Below, piece by piece: positions 29,253 to 44,100 of a stretch of 64,000 nt of DNA. This DNA comes from Eledone cirrhosa. Lineage: Eukaryota. How positions within the stretch are numbered: position 1 is the stretch's first letter; the number at the start of each line of letters is the position of its first letter. A program made the translations under genes and the position numbers. The DNA is taken from assembly GCA_964016885.1 (NCBI GenBank), contig OZ024740.1, positions 261,702,001 to 261,766,000 on the forward strand, given 5' to 3'. The notes beneath the pieces were generated by a model. The model made no database searches, was not told the origin of the DNA, and worked only from the letters and a program-made list of their open reading frames with translations.

Positions 29253-31870
29253 GTATTAGTATTCATTTTCGGGATTCTGAATTATTATTTCGTATTAGTT
29301 TATTTTTTGCGCTGGGTGGTTGCTGGCCTTGAGCCTAGGGTAGAAACAATTATTTCGTATTAGTTTCGGGACTCTGAATTATTATTTCGTGGTAGTTTCT
29401 TTAGTATTTTGCCCCCCCCCCCCCACCACTTGTTGACCTGTCACCGTAAGATATACTCGGTTGATTACTACTAACTCTTAAAATGGTCTCATTACAATTC
29501 CGTCCCACCTAGTAAACTTTTCTATAGTTTAGCAGTACCAGTGAGAGACTTGATGACTGTCGTTAGGGAATAGTAACCAGAAATTGTTTTTTTTATATTT
29601 TTAACATTCTTGGTATTCTTCTATATATTTACTCCATATTGATTTACTTATTGTTTCGACTCCCCCCCCCCCTAGTATACTTGCTTGACCTCCTGCCCTG
29701 CTGTAGTTGGCACTATCAACGCACGACTGGGTTTCCTCCACTCCCTCTCCCTCTTTCTTCTACTGGCAGGTTCAACTACCCCTTCCTTCCACAAATTGCC
29801 ATGATAGAATTATGTGTCTCAACAACAAACTTTTGACCAATCCTTGTGACAATCACTTTTACCATATATGGAATTACCCCCCTGAGAAGCTCGGCTATTC
29901 ATATACCAGGATAAAAATTTTCATTTAGTCCAGAATTAGCCGTCGAAACAGCTTGGGCTCAGCCATCGGGGTCCTACTATATATATATTCATTAGTTAAG
30001 CAAAACAAGACCACAAATTTCACAAGGAAGACATTATTAAAAGATTGTCAACATTCCGCAAGGCGGTATATACAGGGACGACGCCCTATTTGCAGTCCAC
30101 TATTGCACTAATCGGGGCAGCGATTTGCTAAAAAAACAATTACATAGATTCTTTAAAAATAACGGTCTCTCTATCACCATCGAGCCGAACCATAAAGTAG
30201 TAAACTTCCTAGACGTCACCCTGGATCTCAACAATAACCTATATTACCCTTACCATAAACCAGGTGAAATACTCACATATATTAGCCCACACTCTAACCA
30301 CCCACCGGCAGTCATCAGAGCAGTAATAAAATCTATCTCGTATAGGATCTCAATGCTATCAGCAAATGAGGAGATATTTATAAACCATGCACAATATTAT
30401 AATAAGGCTCTTTCTGAATCTGGTTATGAACAATCAATTTATTACATACCTAAATGCCATAACACAGCAATTCACCATAATAAACTTAACACTAGAACTA
30501 GAAATACCTTAGCATATAGCCAGATTCGCCGGAATTTTAGCAGTAACAGCACCTATACAGGGAAGTTTAATGGTGGCAGCGGCCTGCTCCCCACTCCAAG
30601 TAGCAAACTAAAAATCAACCCTAGAATAGGAATGAGAAATGGGACGACAAATAACAAATTCCCAGGTAATAATAACCCTAGGAAGGCCCCTACCAACTCC
30701 ACTAGAACCCCTAGAAGGAATAGACCTAGAAATATCACCTGGCTTAACCCCCCATTCTCATCTAATCTAGCCACTAATATCCCCAAACGCTTCTTTTCTA
30801 TCCTACCTAAACACCCCCCCCCCAACAAACTCTTTAATAAAATAACATTAAAATCTCATTCTCCACAACACCTAACCTAGCTAGCCACATCGCATTCAGT
30901 AACCATCATAAACTAAGACAGTATAACTCCCACACCGCGGTACCACCACCCGTATCAAATACACCACGCTACTACACCAATAATTACTCTAGTAGCACAC
31001 CTCCCCCATCTAATCCTTCTAGCACTGACCTACCGCTTAGGTTAAACTACCCTACTCTCACTAACCACAGAAGCAACCGCAACTGCCGTTACCCCAATGC
31101 ATGCCCATTAAATGGACACTGCCTGACACCCAACATAGTCTATAGGTGCACGGTTAAAACTGCTTCGAATACCAGCTCTTATATCGTGTCTACCTCTAAC
31201 CATTTTAAGGTACGCTATAACGTGCACTCTTTTTCCTTCCGAGACCCTAGCAACAGATGTTCGACATCGCTAGCTAGGCTCATTAAAAACCTTAAATTAA
31301 ACAACGTTCAACACTCACTAAAATGGGATATCGTGGCTAGGGCCCAACCGTTCAATGGACGAAGAAAATCTTGTGATCTCTGTATTACAGAAGCATATTA
31401 CATAACTCTATCACGACCTCTACCGATTAACGATAGAACGGAGGTAACTATTAGCTGTCAACATCGAAGGGCTAATTCCTTCGCCAATAGAATATTTGAC
31501 CCAACATAGTCATTTTTACTTGTAGTTAATAAGTTAAATAGCTATGAACAACTTAGATAATTATAAGTTACCTCCCCTACATTGTCTCTCAATTAAAAAA
31601 CTTAAAAATTAGCACTTAACTATAAATACCCACAATTTCTAATCTCTCGAGGAGTTACTTCCCCTGAAACCACCCTCTAATTAGTAAGGTAAATATATCC
31701 TTTGGCAGCCATCTTGTTACCCATAGGCAGATCTCACACAATGCAGCCTCGACAGATGAATACTGCTTGATTATGGCTGACAACTGATGCAGCCAAGACA
31801 CCATAGTGAAAAACGAATATATGGAACATTATATTATGTAACATTCTCTCATTATTTAGTGTTCAAATTC

Positions 31871-32061
31871 GGGCGGTGGATTGGCAGTATCGGTAGAGAG
31901 TCAGACGCCATGCTTTTTAGCATAGTTACGTCCATTTACGATCTGAGTTCAAATCCCGCCGAGGTTGACTTTGCCTTTCATCCTTACGGGGTCGATAAAA
32001 TAAAGTACCAGTAATGCACTGAAAATTGCTGGCCTTGTGCCTAAAGTAGAAACAATTATTT
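31871..32061 (+). mobile_element. Nin/Deu-like SINE inserted in the PLE 3' region
   Basis: Match to 14629-14822. Confidence 0.85.
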
Positions 32062-32080
32062 TAATTTATATTCCTTTGAA

Positions 32081-32200
32081 GTTCCGATGAGCCGCTCTGA
32101 CTTTTAAATATGTTAATTATTTTCAACTGAACCAGATCAACTATGATATATAGTCATCTGATCCAGAAATAGTATATGGAGTAGCGAAACAATTGTAAAC
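32081..32200 (+). ncRNA. Hammerhead variant (CCGATGA) with about 95-nt stem II domain
   Basis: gtt CCGATGA GCCGCTCT ... GGAGTAGC GAAA CAATTG TA aac. Confidence 0.6.
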
Positions 32201-32519
32201 GGACATTATTATTATTAATATTATTATTATTATTCTCTACATTCCTTACATCAAACTAAAATATGTTGACAATCTTTTAATAATGTCTTCCTTGTGAAAT
32301 TTGTGGTCTTGTTTTGCTTAACTAATGAATATTTCCAGCTCTGCGCACCTAACTTCTGCATGAACCCAGCCATCTAGCTGATTTCTACTGCATATTGCAC
32401 ATTGAGCACGTGCCTTTACGCTTTGGCTTCCAACTAATTCACCAATCTCTCCTCTCATATCTCATCTCCTATCTCCATCTCTCTCTTTGAGATTGGTTAC
32501 TCTTGAACTGTGATATATA

Positions 32520-32602
<83 letters not shown>

Positions 32603-32611
32603 TGTACGTAT

Positions 32612-32768
32612 TGTATATTTAATAATATACTGTATGTTTATTTAAAAAACATTTTGAAGGACTTTCGCTATGAATTTAAGGTAGTGACTATAATCACTAC
32701 CTTAAATTCATAGGGAAAGTCCTTCAAAATTTTTTAAAATAAACATACAGTATATAATTAAATATACA
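32612..32768. repeat. Fold-back palindrome centred on hammerhead-like stem II
   Basis: CTATGAATTTAAGGTAGTGA/TCACTACCTTAAATTCATAG, then GAAA (32715) GTCC TT. Confidence 0.8.
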
Positions 32769-33021
32769 TCGCTATTTCAGAGCTCCAACAGAAATATATA
32801 TATATATATATATATATATGAAAACAAGGAGAAAAAGACGATTATTAGGAAGAAAAATATATTGTTTTCCCTTTTTATTTATTTCTCTCTTTTTTTCTGG
32901 GTTAGAAAATGATTAAAACGAAATATTTTACTTTGTGTGAAATGTTAAGGTATTAGTTGATTTATTAATTAATTAACAATGGCATTTATTTATTTATTTA
33001 TTTATTTATATATTTAATAAT

Positions 33022-33085
<64 letters not shown>

Positions 33086-33199
33086 GTGTGTGTGTACATA
33101 TGTGTATATATATATATGTGTGAGTATGTATGCTTGTGTGAATACACATTTGTGAATGTGCTATGATAAAATGTTTGAAAAGGAAAAATACAGCGAATA

Positions 33200-33276
<77 letters not shown>

Positions 33277-33302
33277 AACTGGCAAAACAGTGACAAAATA
33301 AA

Positions 33303-33497
33303 CATAATTGTTTCTACTTTTGGCATAAGGACAACAATTATCCCAGTGTATTACTGGTACTTTATTTTATTGACCCCGTAAGGATGAAAGGCAAAGTTAA
33401 CCTCGGCGGGATTTGAACTCAGACCATAAAGGGCCGTAATTCTTTGTTGCAAAGCCTGGCGTCCGACCCTCTACAGATACTACCAATCCACAACCCA
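33303..33497 (-). mobile_element. Nin/Deu-like SINE (older copy adjacent at about 33535-33690)
   Basis: Reverse-complement match to 14629-14822. Confidence 0.85.
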
Positions 33498-33791
33498 CAT
33501 TCATATTTTTAAAGGAAGCCACCAGATGAAAATTAATAATGGTTTCTGATTGAGGCACAAGGCCAACAACTTTTGGGAAGAGAAAATCGATTAAATCGAC
33601 CCCAGTGCGTTACTGCTACTTTATTTTATCGACATCGTAAGAACGAAAGGCAAAGCTTACCTGAGCTACATTTGAACTCAGAACGTAAAGGGGCGGAACA
33701 GATGAATATTAGAAATAAAAGCAAACAGGAAACGAACACCAAGTACACAAACCAATGACAACTGACATCCACCCACATACATACATATATG

Positions 33792-33874
<83 letters not shown>

Positions 33875-33897
33875 ATATATGTGTATATGAGTATAAG

Positions 33898-33928
<31 letters not shown>

Positions 33929-34348
33929 ATAAGTGTATATGTGTGTATATGCATCTGTATGTGTGTACGTAGCTATTTGACTTTCAGTTTGCATTAAATT
34001 TTTGCTTGTTGATTTAATTTTAATTATTATTTTATTTTTGTGACGGCCTCTGTAAGTTTAATCTCATTTCATTTCGATATATATATATAAATACACGTGT
34101 AGGTATATATATATAAATAGACGTGTAGGTATATATATATATTTTTCTCAACCTGATTAGTTCTATCGTTACTTTGGTATATATTGTGTGTTAGATTCAC
34201 CTACCACAATGTTCGATTTGTCAAGCTATTTAAACGTATGTTATTACTCTAAGGCCCCAACTTATCGAGTGCTTTGCTAACTCATCATTTCATATAAGTA
34301 GGCCGAATTTACTTGCAAACCGCCATAGATTCGATTTTACTATTTTCC

Positions 34349-34393
<45 letters not shown>

Positions 34394-34661
34394 CATACAT
34401 ACATACATGGTGGCTGCCAACTGGTTTTCGAGTACGGCCACTACTTTATATCCATGTAGGAGAACCCCTACCGATGCGCTGAACGAGTGTGACTTTTTAG
34501 TCCAGCCAGCGACTTGAAAATTCTACACCTGTGACAATTATTGACACATAGTGCTGGGCCCATGGTACCATGTGACGACAAGTGCAGAGAGATCTCCCGA
34601 TATAAAGCAATGCCTGTGCCGTGAAGCTTTTATAGTAAGCAAAGGCACTGTACATGATCGA

Positions 34662-34803
<142 letters not shown>

Positions 34804-35244
34804 GTTCGATCATGAATACCACGAGCTTGCCAGTCACGTAAGTCTGATATTTGATTTCGGATTGATAGAAACACTTTAAACGTATAATCGTTTGATTTGT
34901 GTATTTTTCTCAACCTGTTAGTTCTCTCGTTACTTTGGTATATTGTGTGTTAGATTTTGCCTACCACAATGTATATATATATACACGTGTAGTTGTATAT
35001 ATATATACCTACACGTGTATTTATATATATATTTCGTTTCTGAATTTGTTTAGCAAGATTCTTTATCTGAAATCGTGTGTTGAAACCGATATTGTTATAC
35101 TTTGGGAGGGTCATGTTGCCAATAAGAAACACACGCACCAGTTGCTTTCACTTCAGTTTATTATAATAAATTTATAATAAATTTATAAATTTATAAATTT
35201 CTGGTTGGTTGGTTGGTTCCACAACCAGATAGTTGTTTATATAT

Positions 35245-35289
35245 AGTCATAGTTCTTTCGTCACACACTCTGTGACCTCTTCAGTGACT
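35245..35289 (-). ncRNA. Minimal type-I hammerhead ribozyme
   Basis: Minus strand: agtca CTGAAGA G GTCACA gagtg TGTGAC GAAA GAAC TA tgact. Confidence 0.85.
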
Positions 35290-35361
35290 GGGGATTCCTT
35301 TCTTTGTTTCTGTGCCTCTCCTTTGTTCTGTCCTACGCCATTTTCAGAACAAAGGAGAGGC

Positions 35362-35393
<32 letters not shown>

Positions 35394-35679
35394 ATTTTTT
35401 TTTTTTTAATATAAGGAACTGTTTCTTTGTTTATTCATTATTTTGTTAATAATTTATCTTGACTCTGTTTTCCGTTTATTTTTCACCGAAAGTAGTTTTT
35501 GAATGCATCTTCTCTTTTCATGATATCCGGATTACATTGAGTTCTTCATACGGATTGGACACTACCGTAAACTTTTGGTAGATTTATCTATATATATATA
35601 TATATATAATACATTATAAAGAAAGAAGAAACATTAGATATAATTAATAAGATATACCATACTCAAATTCCTTTATTAG

Positions 35680-35773
35680 TCCTCGACTATGTAGTTTCGT
35701 GGCATATTATGCAAAAACACTACATCACAGCGATATAGTAATTTTTGTGAGGTTTGCCGACTTATCAAGAGGA
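35680..35773 (-). ncRNA. Hammerhead with U3-A8 core (TTGATAA) and long stem II
   Basis: Minus strand: tcctc TTGATAA GTCGGCA...TGCCAC GAAA CTACATAG TC gagga. Confidence 0.75.
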
Positions 35774-35885
35774 TACCTCATTAAGAGTTTCAAAACACAT
35801 CCGTAGGACGCGAGATAAGGCTATATGTGGATATATTCATGTATATGTATGTGTCCGCATGTATCTGTGTATTTCTTTATATTGG

Positions 35886-35943
<58 letters not shown>

Positions 35944-35949
<6 letters not shown>

Positions 35950-36315
35950 AGAAATGTAAGCTATCGCCGTATTGGGACTAAAGAAATTAAAGAAATTATT
36001 TAGCCTGATAGTGGGGTTAAGAACCCTCGGAGAAATGGATAAAGATGAATATTGACGTCCATGGGAGTCGAACTCACATCTTTGATTATCCGGACCACTG
36101 TGTACCATTTACACCAACACATGACAGGGTGATGTGTTGGTGTAAATGGTAGCACAGTGGTCCGGATAACCACAGATGTGGGTTCGACTCCCATGGACGT
36201 TAATATTCATCTTTATCCATTTCTCCGAGGGTTCTTAACCCCACTATCAGGCTAAATAATTTCTTTAATTTATTTCTTTAGTCCAAATACGGCGATAGCT
36301 TACATTTCTAATAAT
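35944..36315. repeat. Palindrome of a tRNA-headed element (two divergent tRNA-like Pol III promoters)
   Basis: Arms of about 180 bp. Right arm has A-box TGGTGTAAATGG, stem GTGGT/ACCAC and T-arm GTGGG-TTCGACT-CCCAT. Confidence 0.8.
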
Positions 36316-36364
36316 TTCAAACCCACTCGCTGTTTCGAAAATATTCTTACACACACATATATAT

Positions 36365-36434
<70 letters not shown>

Positions 36435-36643
36435 ACACGTGTATTTATATATATATATCGAAATGAAGTGAGATTAAACTTACAGAGGCCGTCACAAAAA
36501 TAAAATAAAAATTAAACTTAAATCAACAATCAAAAATGTAATACAAACTGAAGTCAAATAGCTACTTACACACATACAGATGCATATACACACATATACA
36601 CATATACACATATATATATACACATATACTCATATACACATAT

Positions 36644-36690
<47 letters not shown>

Positions 36691-36796
36691 CACATATGTA
36701 TATGGGTGGGTGGGTGTCAGTTGTCATTGGTTTGTGTACTTGGTGTTCGTTTTCTGTTTGCTTTTATTTCTAATATTCATCTGTTCCGCCCCTTTA

Positions 36797-36849
<53 letters not shown>

Positions 36850-38301
36850 CCTACTCGTGTATTTATATATATATATCGAAATGAAATGAGATTAAACTTA
36901 CAGAGGCCGTGGCAAAAATAAAATAAAAATTAAAATTAAATCAACAAGCAAAAATTTAATACAAACTGAAAGTCAAATACCTACTTACACACATACAGAT
37001 GCATATACACACACATATACACATATATAAACACATACACACATATACACATATATATGTTTCTTTTATATACACATATATAGACACATCAATACATTCA
37101 CAAAAAGACATTTACACTTAAACACTGGCACGCACACGACTTCATAAAAACTAACACACAAAAAACAAGAGTTCCTCAAAACATATAAAGTATTAAATGA
37201 TGGGTAATAAAAAATGTCTGTCTTAATTACGTCACTAAGTAGTTTGAGCAGAACAGGGGTTGGAAGGAGGAAGGAAGTTGAATAGGAAAAGGCGGAAAAG
37301 ACGTAGGTGGAGGTGTGCGGTAAATAAGCGAAACGGACATTGAACAACAATGGTTTCTAGTTAACACACAAGGTTAGCAATAGGTTTTGCGTTCCTTATT
37401 TTGGGGGGTTTAGTGTCGACAAAATCAACCCGAGTACTTGACTGTCACCTCGCAGCTTTTGATATTTTCTTGATTTAGTTATAGATCCAGTAGTGTTTGT
37501 GTGTAGGGGAAAATCGATTAAATTGACTTCAGTAGCTTCATGCACCGAGTGACGCGTTATGTTCTCGATCAAAATATATTTTACGATAGTTTTTTTCTGC
37601 ACAATGGTAAGGGAATGGAAGCATGTTTCAGCGGCACCACTCTAGTCTCTCGGCCTGACTAGAAGATTTCTATAGTTTAAGGAGGAAGTATTACGAGACA
37701 TAGGCGATGAATTGGCAGAGTGGATAGGACGTCGGATAGAATACATTATATTATTCCTTCTGGCTCTCTACTTTCTGAGTTCAAATCCCATCGAAACCAA
37801 CTTTGCCTTTCATCTCTTCAAGGTCAATAAAACAATACCAGTCAAGTGGTTAGTGTGTTAAGCTCACAATCCTTAAGTCATGGATTTGATTCTCAGATCA
37901 TTTGATGCTGTCCCAGTCCCCTCAGCTTTAAATGAACACCAGCTCAGCTGGTGGTTAGCCCTGCCAAAGACTGGCATCCAATTCAAGGAGTGGTCATATA
38001 GTCTAAGCTGCTTAACGCCCTTAATTTGGAATAATTTTCGTGCTTTGCCCAGCTAGTTCAAGTATGGAAAACCACAACTCTAACCCTCTTTAAAAATGAT
38101 AAAAATATGCCTTAGCATTTACGTGATTCCAAGTTCTATTCCACAGCGCGATATATATATAAATATAGAATAACCTAGTCATAGTTAGCGCCGGGTAGAG
38201 TACTAGTGTTTTAGTTGTCTTTTCAGTGAGATATTCAGTATATTAGTGACAAATAATTTATGTGATATGTATATATAACGGGATCTTATACACATATATA
38301 T

Positions 38302-38373
<72 letters not shown>

Positions 38374-38615
38374 TTATTAAAATAACAGATTATGCTCTAC
38401 GGTTCTTATATATTTGATATATATTTATTCTTATCGAGCCCTCTTTGGATTTTAGTCTTCAAATTTATTATTATTACTATATATATATATGTATATATAT
38501 ATATGTATGTATATATATGTATATATATATGTATAAGATCCCGTTAAGAGTGAAATCAGCGATTCTTTGCTTAAACTTTAATCTGTTACTTTAATAAATA
38601 TATATATATATTTAT

Positions 38616-38669
<54 letters not shown>

Positions 38670-38671
38670 TC

Positions 38672-41151
38672 ATTTCATTTGAGTTTGAGTCCATGCTCAG
38701 GCCAAGTCGAAGACTCCACCCTCAGAGTCTGGTGTGGTTGCCAGGTTGGATTCTCTGTTTAATTTTGACATGTGTAGGAGCGAGTTTGAGTCAGTTTGTG
38801 CTCGTTGTGTATATCCTGGGTGCTTAAGTATCTATCCAGCTGCAATTTGAATGATTCCACACTGCATCCTGATAGATTTCTGACATGTACCGGAATGGAG
38901 TTGAATAGTTGTGCCCCTCTAACCAACAGACTTGACTCTCGCAGGGTTTTTGCTGCCTGGCCAGCCCTTTTGTTGATTGGTGGTAGCTGGCAGCGTCTTC
39001 CGTGGCGCAGTGAGTGGTAGGTTTTGATACCAAAGTTTGGCACCTTTTGCTCTATCATTTTCCAAATGTATATAATTCGGTATCGCCTCAAATCTTCTTT
39101 CTATTGAGTACATCTTCAAGGTTATGAGTCTTTGCCAATAGTCCAGGTCTCTCGTTTCTGAGAAGTATGAGGTAAAATTTCTTTGGAGCGATTCCATCTT
39201 AGATAGTTGGCCCTTTGTTGTTGGTGACCACAACTGAGAACAGTAGTCAATCCTCGGAAGTATCATACTGTTCCAGAGGGTTTTCATTGTTGAGGTATCT
39301 CTATTTGAAGGTGCGCAAGATCCACCCGCTGTACTTTCTTGCAGTAAGACAGACTGAGTCAAGGTGTTCTCTGAATTTTAGGCTGGTTCCCATGTGGATG
39401 CCTAAATCTTATGTATCCATGTACCAACTTTTCCTCCTACTCCTAGCTTTCGAAGTTTGTGTCCCAGGATGCCATGATCTACCTTGTCAAATGCATTGGC
39501 AAAGTCGAGGTAAATAACATCTGTGTTGTATCCATTCTCTAGATTTTCTAGGATTTGGTCATGGTGTGCCAGTAGTTGGGAAAGACATGATCTACCTAAC
39601 CTGAATCCATGCTGATTGTAATTCATCAGATTGTTGGATTCCAGGAACTCAACCAGTTTTCCACGAACTATTCTTTCGAAGACCTTGATAATGTGTGATG
39701 TCAGTGAGATTGGTCGGTAGTTCTTTGGTTTTGATTTGCTGTCCCCTTTATGTATTGGAGTTATGTGTGCTTCTTTATATGTATTTGGTATTTTGCCATT
39801 CTCCATAGATTCCTTCCATATCATGTAAAGGGGTTTCAACAATTGTACCTTGCAGTTTTTAAGTATCATGGCATTGAAACCATCAGGCCCAGCAGCCGAG
39901 TGCATGGAGAGCTTGTCTATGGCTCTTTCTATGTCTTCTGGGTTGAAATCAATGTCGGATAGGGTAGGTTTAGTATGGTCGATATCCTTGAAGAATTCTC
40001 CTGGGTCATGGATCTTCATGGTTTTAGATGGCTCACTGAAGACACTTTCCTACTGTTGACCCAACATTTCTGCCATTTCAATAGGGTTATTCACTACATC
40101 CCCATTTTGTCTCTGGAGAGGTCCTATTGTTGACTTGGTATTCGAGTATTTCTTTGCAAAACTGTAGAAACATTTTGGATTTTTCTTGATGTTTTCTATG
40201 GCTCTCTTTTCTGCATTGTTACATTCATAGTGTTGTTTTAGATTGTCTTCTAATCTGTATATTTGGTCAAGGACTTTCTGTAGTTCATGTTTTGATGTCA
40301 GCTTAGTCTTGACCTTTTGCGCATCAGGATCTTTCGCTCCCGTGGTACAGGTTTTTTTGTGGATTTGGTTTTCTTAAGAGGAATATTTTTTGCACATATT
40401 TCTTCGATTTTGTTTAAGAATTTCTTGTGTTTATCTGGCCCAGTAAGGTAGAGATCCCAGTCAATGATTTGTAACTGGTTGTTAATAGTTTCCCAATTTG
40501 CCTGGTGATAATCATACCTGCATAGCCTTGGCATGTCCTTTTGTTTAAGAGTTGTGGCATTGGGCTCATTACCAATGTGTAAATGCATTTCAATAATATT
40601 GTGGTCTGAAAGGATTGTTGGGGTTGAGTGAAGGTCAAATAGCGTGTCCTCGTTGTTGGTGAAAACCAAGTCGATCGTATTATTATTTCTAGTTGCTTCT
40701 GTCATCATTTGTTTGAGGTATAATTTCTCTGTGACTTCCAACAGTTTGGCTGCCTGTATTTGTTCAGTTTTTGTCCCCAGTTTTAGTATGTGTCCATGTG
40801 GCCAGATGATGTTAGGGAAGTTGAAGTCACCAAGGAGGATAATGTCTGGCATTGGACTCGCCATGTTTCCCAGAATTTGTTGGAGCTTTGTCAGTGGCTC
40901 AGTGAAGGATAATGTTGGGCTGTTTGGCGGTCTGTACATTATTGTTACAACTGTATTAAGTTGGATGATTTTTATGCACAGCAGGTTGCAGTAGGCATTT
41001 GATTCATTGACAAGTTCTATGCATGCATAGGTATCATGGATATACATGATAACGCCCCCATGGGATCTGCCTTGTCTATCACATCTGAAGATGTTGAATC
41101 CATTGATTGAGATTTCGCTGTTGCGGATGTTTTCGTTGAGATGACTTTCAG
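38672..41151 (-). mobile_element. CR1/L2-group LINE ORF2 (APE + RT), degraded, 5' end interrupted by the Penelope element
   Basis: ESHL, YRPP, GDFN, SDH (APE); GPDG, NYRPISLTS, QHGFR, YLDFANAFDKVDH (RT); RY.IIY.WK C-terminus; RT core deleted near 39410. Confidence 0.88.
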
Positions 41152-44100
41152 AGGGAAATAAAGGTCTCAAACCAGCGTTCTAAATATCTAGCCAAGCCAT
41201 GCTGACAGGGAATAGTATAGAGTATCTGTTCTATCTCTAATATCAAAGAGTTAAAATTAGGTGGATAAAGAGTAGTCTCCCTTTAAAAGGCTTTTGTATA
41301 GGTTTTTTTTAATTTTTATTTTATATACATGCCTATATAAGTGTGTGGGAGAATGCATGAAGGTGTAAGTATGTGAGTGTGTGTGTGTGTGAGTGTGAGA
41401 AGATAGGTCTATTCGTAAATGCGGGGGGTAGGTGTTATCTGGTGTTAGAACTGGTTTTGTGTGTGTATGTGTGAGAGAGAATAAGTGGAGGTGTAAGCGT
41501 GTGTGTGTGCGCGTGCGTGTGTGTGTGTGTGTGGGGGGGGGGGGTGTAAATATGGGGCTAGAGGCCCTATCAGGTTATAAATTGGGTGTTGAGTTCTAGT
41601 CTATTATTGATTGGTGGTTGTGTTTTATCTATAATTAGTGCTTCCTTAATTCTAAGATTGCCGAGGTTTCTTTCCTTAGTTTCTATCCTAACTGTTATGG
41701 TTTTGTCGGTGTTTTTGCATTTAACTAGGTGTTTCTTAAATGAGGAAGCGTTAGTATTGAGGTGTTCTTTTATTCTTATGTGGAGTGGTCTGGTGGTGCT
41801 ACCTACGTAGAAGTTGTTGCATTTGTCACACTCTAGTCTGTATACGACGTAATATCTAGCTTGGCTAGATATTTAGAACGCTGGTTTAAGACCTTTATTT
41901 CCCTCCGAAGAAGAGATATTATCTCGAAAATTAAGGACATTTAAATAAATTTAAGGTAAAGGACGAATTGTCAACAATATCTTTTACAATTGCATTCTTT
42001 TTTCTATGTCCATACCTGCATTGTTTTGGCTTTATTACACATATTCAAACGTTTATACCTCATTACACAATGCTTCAAGTGAACTATAACCTTCTCCTTT
42101 CATTACGCCTGAGCCAGGCCCAGTTCACAACTGTAAAGAAACTCTTCCAGCTATCTGAAAAGCGCGCCAAAGCCGGCTGCCAAATAAACTTCCTAAAACG
42201 ATGCCTGAATAACAACATCATCCCCAAAACTATCAAAAATTTGCACCTACCAACATGCTTCAAATCACCAGGCCTCAAACGATCACTTAGTTACATACAA
42301 AAATTCTGCCTAAGAAAACTCATACAACACCTACACCGCACGCTACAACATCACATACGGACTATTTCCAGCCTTGTACCACAACTCGCTGAAACCCCAG
42401 AACCTCTGTCCAGAGTCATCTCCGCCACTATAGACAGGTCATACCACCACCGCCGAGACTACGAGAAAATACGTCTAACGCAAACATTTCTCAAACTCAG
42501 GACGGCCAACTGTCTTAACAACATCCCAACTCTAAACACCAACAGAGGCGAACAAGACGTTACCAACACCGAACCTAGCGGCGCCCCGACCAACAACACA
42601 CCTGACGCAAAAAACCTCGTCACAGACTTGAGAGGATCCCTCTCCCGAGAGGAATTAGACCTCCTCAGCCTGGGTCCCAAGTTCATATTGAAACAGAGAC
42701 TAGACGACAAACTATGGCTCGACATAGAAACGAATTTCTGTCGGGCTGCCTACCAACTAAAATGGATATCGACTCTCGACAACAACACCATGGAATCCAT
42801 CAAACCCAGATTCCCGATATACCAACTAGATCGCCCACTCTATCCACCGCCTGCCAACCGCGAGCTTGAAGAAAAACTCGCGAGACTAAAACATTCCGTA
42901 TTTAACATCTTACGGAAACAGAAGAAGATGGCCCCAAACCTCTCCAGGACACAACAACTCGCCCTGAAGAACCTACGGAATAGGGAACTTATATACTTAC
43001 CATCCGACAAAGGTAAAGAGTTTTGCGTCATCTCTCAAGCCACATACAATAACCTAGCCTTCGAACACCTAAGCGACAGTGAATTATACACAGTGATCCC
43101 GGACATGACTGCAGCCCAGATCGAAAAACAGACCAACTCCATTTGGTTCGATATCTGTAGGAGAAGACAACTCCCAAATAAAGTTAAGCTCAACTACACC
43201 ACTAGAAATAGCAGACTGCCCACTTTCTACCACCTCATCAAGACCCACAAGAATAGTACTAAGACGCAAATAAGACCCATCGTCTCTAGCATAGAAGGAC
43301 CCCTATACAAAATTTCCTGGCTCCTCTCCCAGGTCCTCAAGCCTCTACTCTCCACCTTTCCCGGGAATGTCAGTAGCTCCGACGAAGTTATACGTAGACT
43401 ACACCAACTCCAGCCAGAACAACTTAAACTAAATAAATACGCTTTTAGCCTCGACGTTGTCTCCCTCTACACTATAGTCCCCGCTCATCCAGCTGTCGAT
43501 TTATTGACGGACTGCGTGGTCGCAGAGGACATCCACTGCTACGGCCTCCACCCGACGGACATACACCAGCTTTTGTCCTTCACAGTAGACAACACGTACT
43601 TCACCTTCCACCACCACACATACAGACAGACAACAGGATTACCCATGGGATCCAGCCTATCGGGCCTGCTGGCCATCACCTACATGAACCAGCTAGAATG
43701 CCGAGCCCTCAACACCTGCCATTCCCATGCCTTCTTCACCCGATATGTAGATGACATACTCATCCTTACATCATCCTGTGAGGAGGCAGATAAAATATAC
43801 ACAACATTCTCCAGCATGGACGCCAGTATAAAGCTCAGCATGGAACACCCCGATGACCGCGGATCCCTATCCCTACTGGACTTCCAGCTCAGGGTAACAG
43901 AGGAAGGCAACATCCACACCTGCTTCTATAAAAAATCCGCCAGCAGGGACCTGTTCGTACATTTCAGATCGGCCCTCCCACTCGGTGCCAAGTTCGGATA
44001 CATAAGGAACGAACTGGCACGTATCCGGAACAAATGCACCGACGCTAGAGACCGAGACACACACACCACACATTTCCTGGAAGTACTCAAACTGAACGGA

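Larger units (their letters stand above)
29985..32335 (+). mobile_element. 5'-truncated Penelope-like element with inverted 3'-end copy at its 5' end
   Basis: GGIYRDD, VVNFLDV, SNHPP, WLNPPFS, CPLNGHCL..IVYRC..YI, CDLC. 29985-30053 is the reverse complement of 32263-32332. SINE inserted at 31871-32061. Confidence 0.88.

Noticed and set aside
36130-36200. Functional tRNA gene
   Set aside because: Acceptor stem incomplete, anticodon loop lacks U33, and it is embedded in a mobile palindrome.
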